From Dehalococcoidales bacterium (GTDB lineage Bacteria; Chloroflexota; Dehalococcoidia; Dehalococcoidales; RBG-16-60-22), in assembly GCA_034429595.1 (NCBI GenBank), contig DAOUGB010000068.1:11067-75066 (forward strand): a DNA stretch of 64,000 nucleotides, written 5' to 3'. The position numbers and the translations under genes were made by a program. Each line of letters starts with the position of its first letter. The stretch's first letter is position 1. Shown in pieces: positions 63,440 to 64,000 of the stretch. The notes below the pieces were generated by a model that saw only the letters and a program-made list of their open reading frames with translations, had not been told where the DNA came from and did no database searches.

Positions 63440-63555
63440 CAAATCCGCCTCTATCCTCCTTTACAAAGGAGGACGAACCAACGGGCAATAATGAGCATCA
63501 TCAGTCAATAGGCTAATATCGTCTCCCTTTGTAAAGGGAGAACCGAGAAGGATTC
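63440..63555. repeat. about 115-nt composite palindromic repeat, copy 2
   Basis: See 15365-15478. Confidence 0.7.
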
Positions 63556-63622
63556 GGGGGAAAAGGGGCGGGGCAAAACTAACAGCTAATTGCTAGCAAT
63601 TAATTGCAAATAAAAAGGAGGC

Positions 63623-64000
63623 ATGATGAAACTAGGCAGATTTATTGTAGACACCCACGTACACTCCCAGCGGCACGCCGCCGGGAAAGCCCTCAAAGGT
63701 TCCAAGGACTTCGATAAACTCGGGCAGGTCATGGGCCAGATGGAAGCCTATGACAACTCGCCGCGGCTGCTGTACGACATGGAACGCTACGGCGTGGACA
63801 TGTGCATCATCGAACCGGCTTTCGGGATGACCAACCCCAACAACGTCGACCAGGTCAAGCGGTACCCGGACAAGTTTGCCGCCTGCTGCTGGCCCAAGGA
63901 ATACCAGGACGCCTGCGCCCAGGGCGAACAGGAATGGAGCATCAAAGGCTTCTGCGACGCCCTGGCCGACCTGCTGAAAACCGGCAATTATGTAGGCATC
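63623..64000 (+). CDS. amidohydrolase-family (TIM-barrel metal hydrolase) protein, 5' part only
   Basis: My own translation gives MMKLGRFIVDTHVHSQRH..., with an HxH metal motif near the N-terminus. An AAGGAGG precedes the start. The ORF is open to the window end. Confidence 0.6.
   Translation, partial: MMKLGRFIVDTHVHSQRHAAGKALKGSKDFDKLGQVMGQMEAYDNSPRLLYDMERYGVDMCIIEPAFGMTNPNNVDQVKRYPDKFAACCWPKEYQDACAQGEQEWSIKGFCDALADLLKTGNYVGI

Overview
This 64-kb window looks like a chromosomal segment from an uncultivated, probably anaerobic bacterium. The gene content and dense palindromic intergenic repeats resemble Chloroflexota-type MAGs, but that taxonomic guess is inference only. It has three parts. 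(1) Positions 1-20.7 kb are core metabolism. They encode a GlcD/GlcF-like oxidase pair, a CzcD exporter, a NarL-type two-component system, acs with DUF485-actP-usp, LutA/LutB-like Fe-S proteins, a two-subunit class I fumarate hydratase, two tandem cyclase paralogues, an SDR, a geranylgeranyl-reductase-like flavoprotein and an extended GreA. (2) tRNA-Ala(CGC) at 20682-20757 is followed by about 31 kb of accessory DNA, subdivided by copies of a repeat containing the tRNA 3' end. Two visibly AT-richer islets (about 20.8-27.6 kb) carry three radical-SAM 'DNA photolyase/SPL-like' genes linked to DNA or SAM methyltransferases, and several of these genes are frameshifted. A 24-kb block (27576-51776), bounded by a 56-bp near-perfect direct repeat, carries a complete 17-gene extracellular contractile injection system (eCIS, Afp/PVC-like). 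Its genes are DUF4255 terminator, sheath, two tube proteins, a small DUF5908-like ORF, a LysM protein, VgrG-like spike, gp25, two giant baseplate proteins, a fibre-like protein, two candidate cargo proteins sharing an N-terminal leader, an AAA+ ATPase, a DUF4157 protein and a repeat-rich tape-measure-like protein. A SARP/BTAD-type regulator lies upstream. No integrase is visible. (3) Positions 52-64 kb are core again. They encode a 7TM-PAS histidine kinase, an ADP-forming acyl-CoA synthetase-like protein, an SDR, CoA-transferase A/B, a thiolase, a condensing-enzyme-like::DUF35 fusion, a Zn-ADH and an amidohydrolase. Intergenic spaces throughout are filled with several families of palindromic or mosaic repeats. 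These include a 125-nt MITE-like element (2 copies) and DUF559 (Vsr-like endonuclease) relics, one of which splits the fumarate hydratase subunit genes. All coordinates and protein motifs were read by eye from the sequence and the ORF track. No database search was run.
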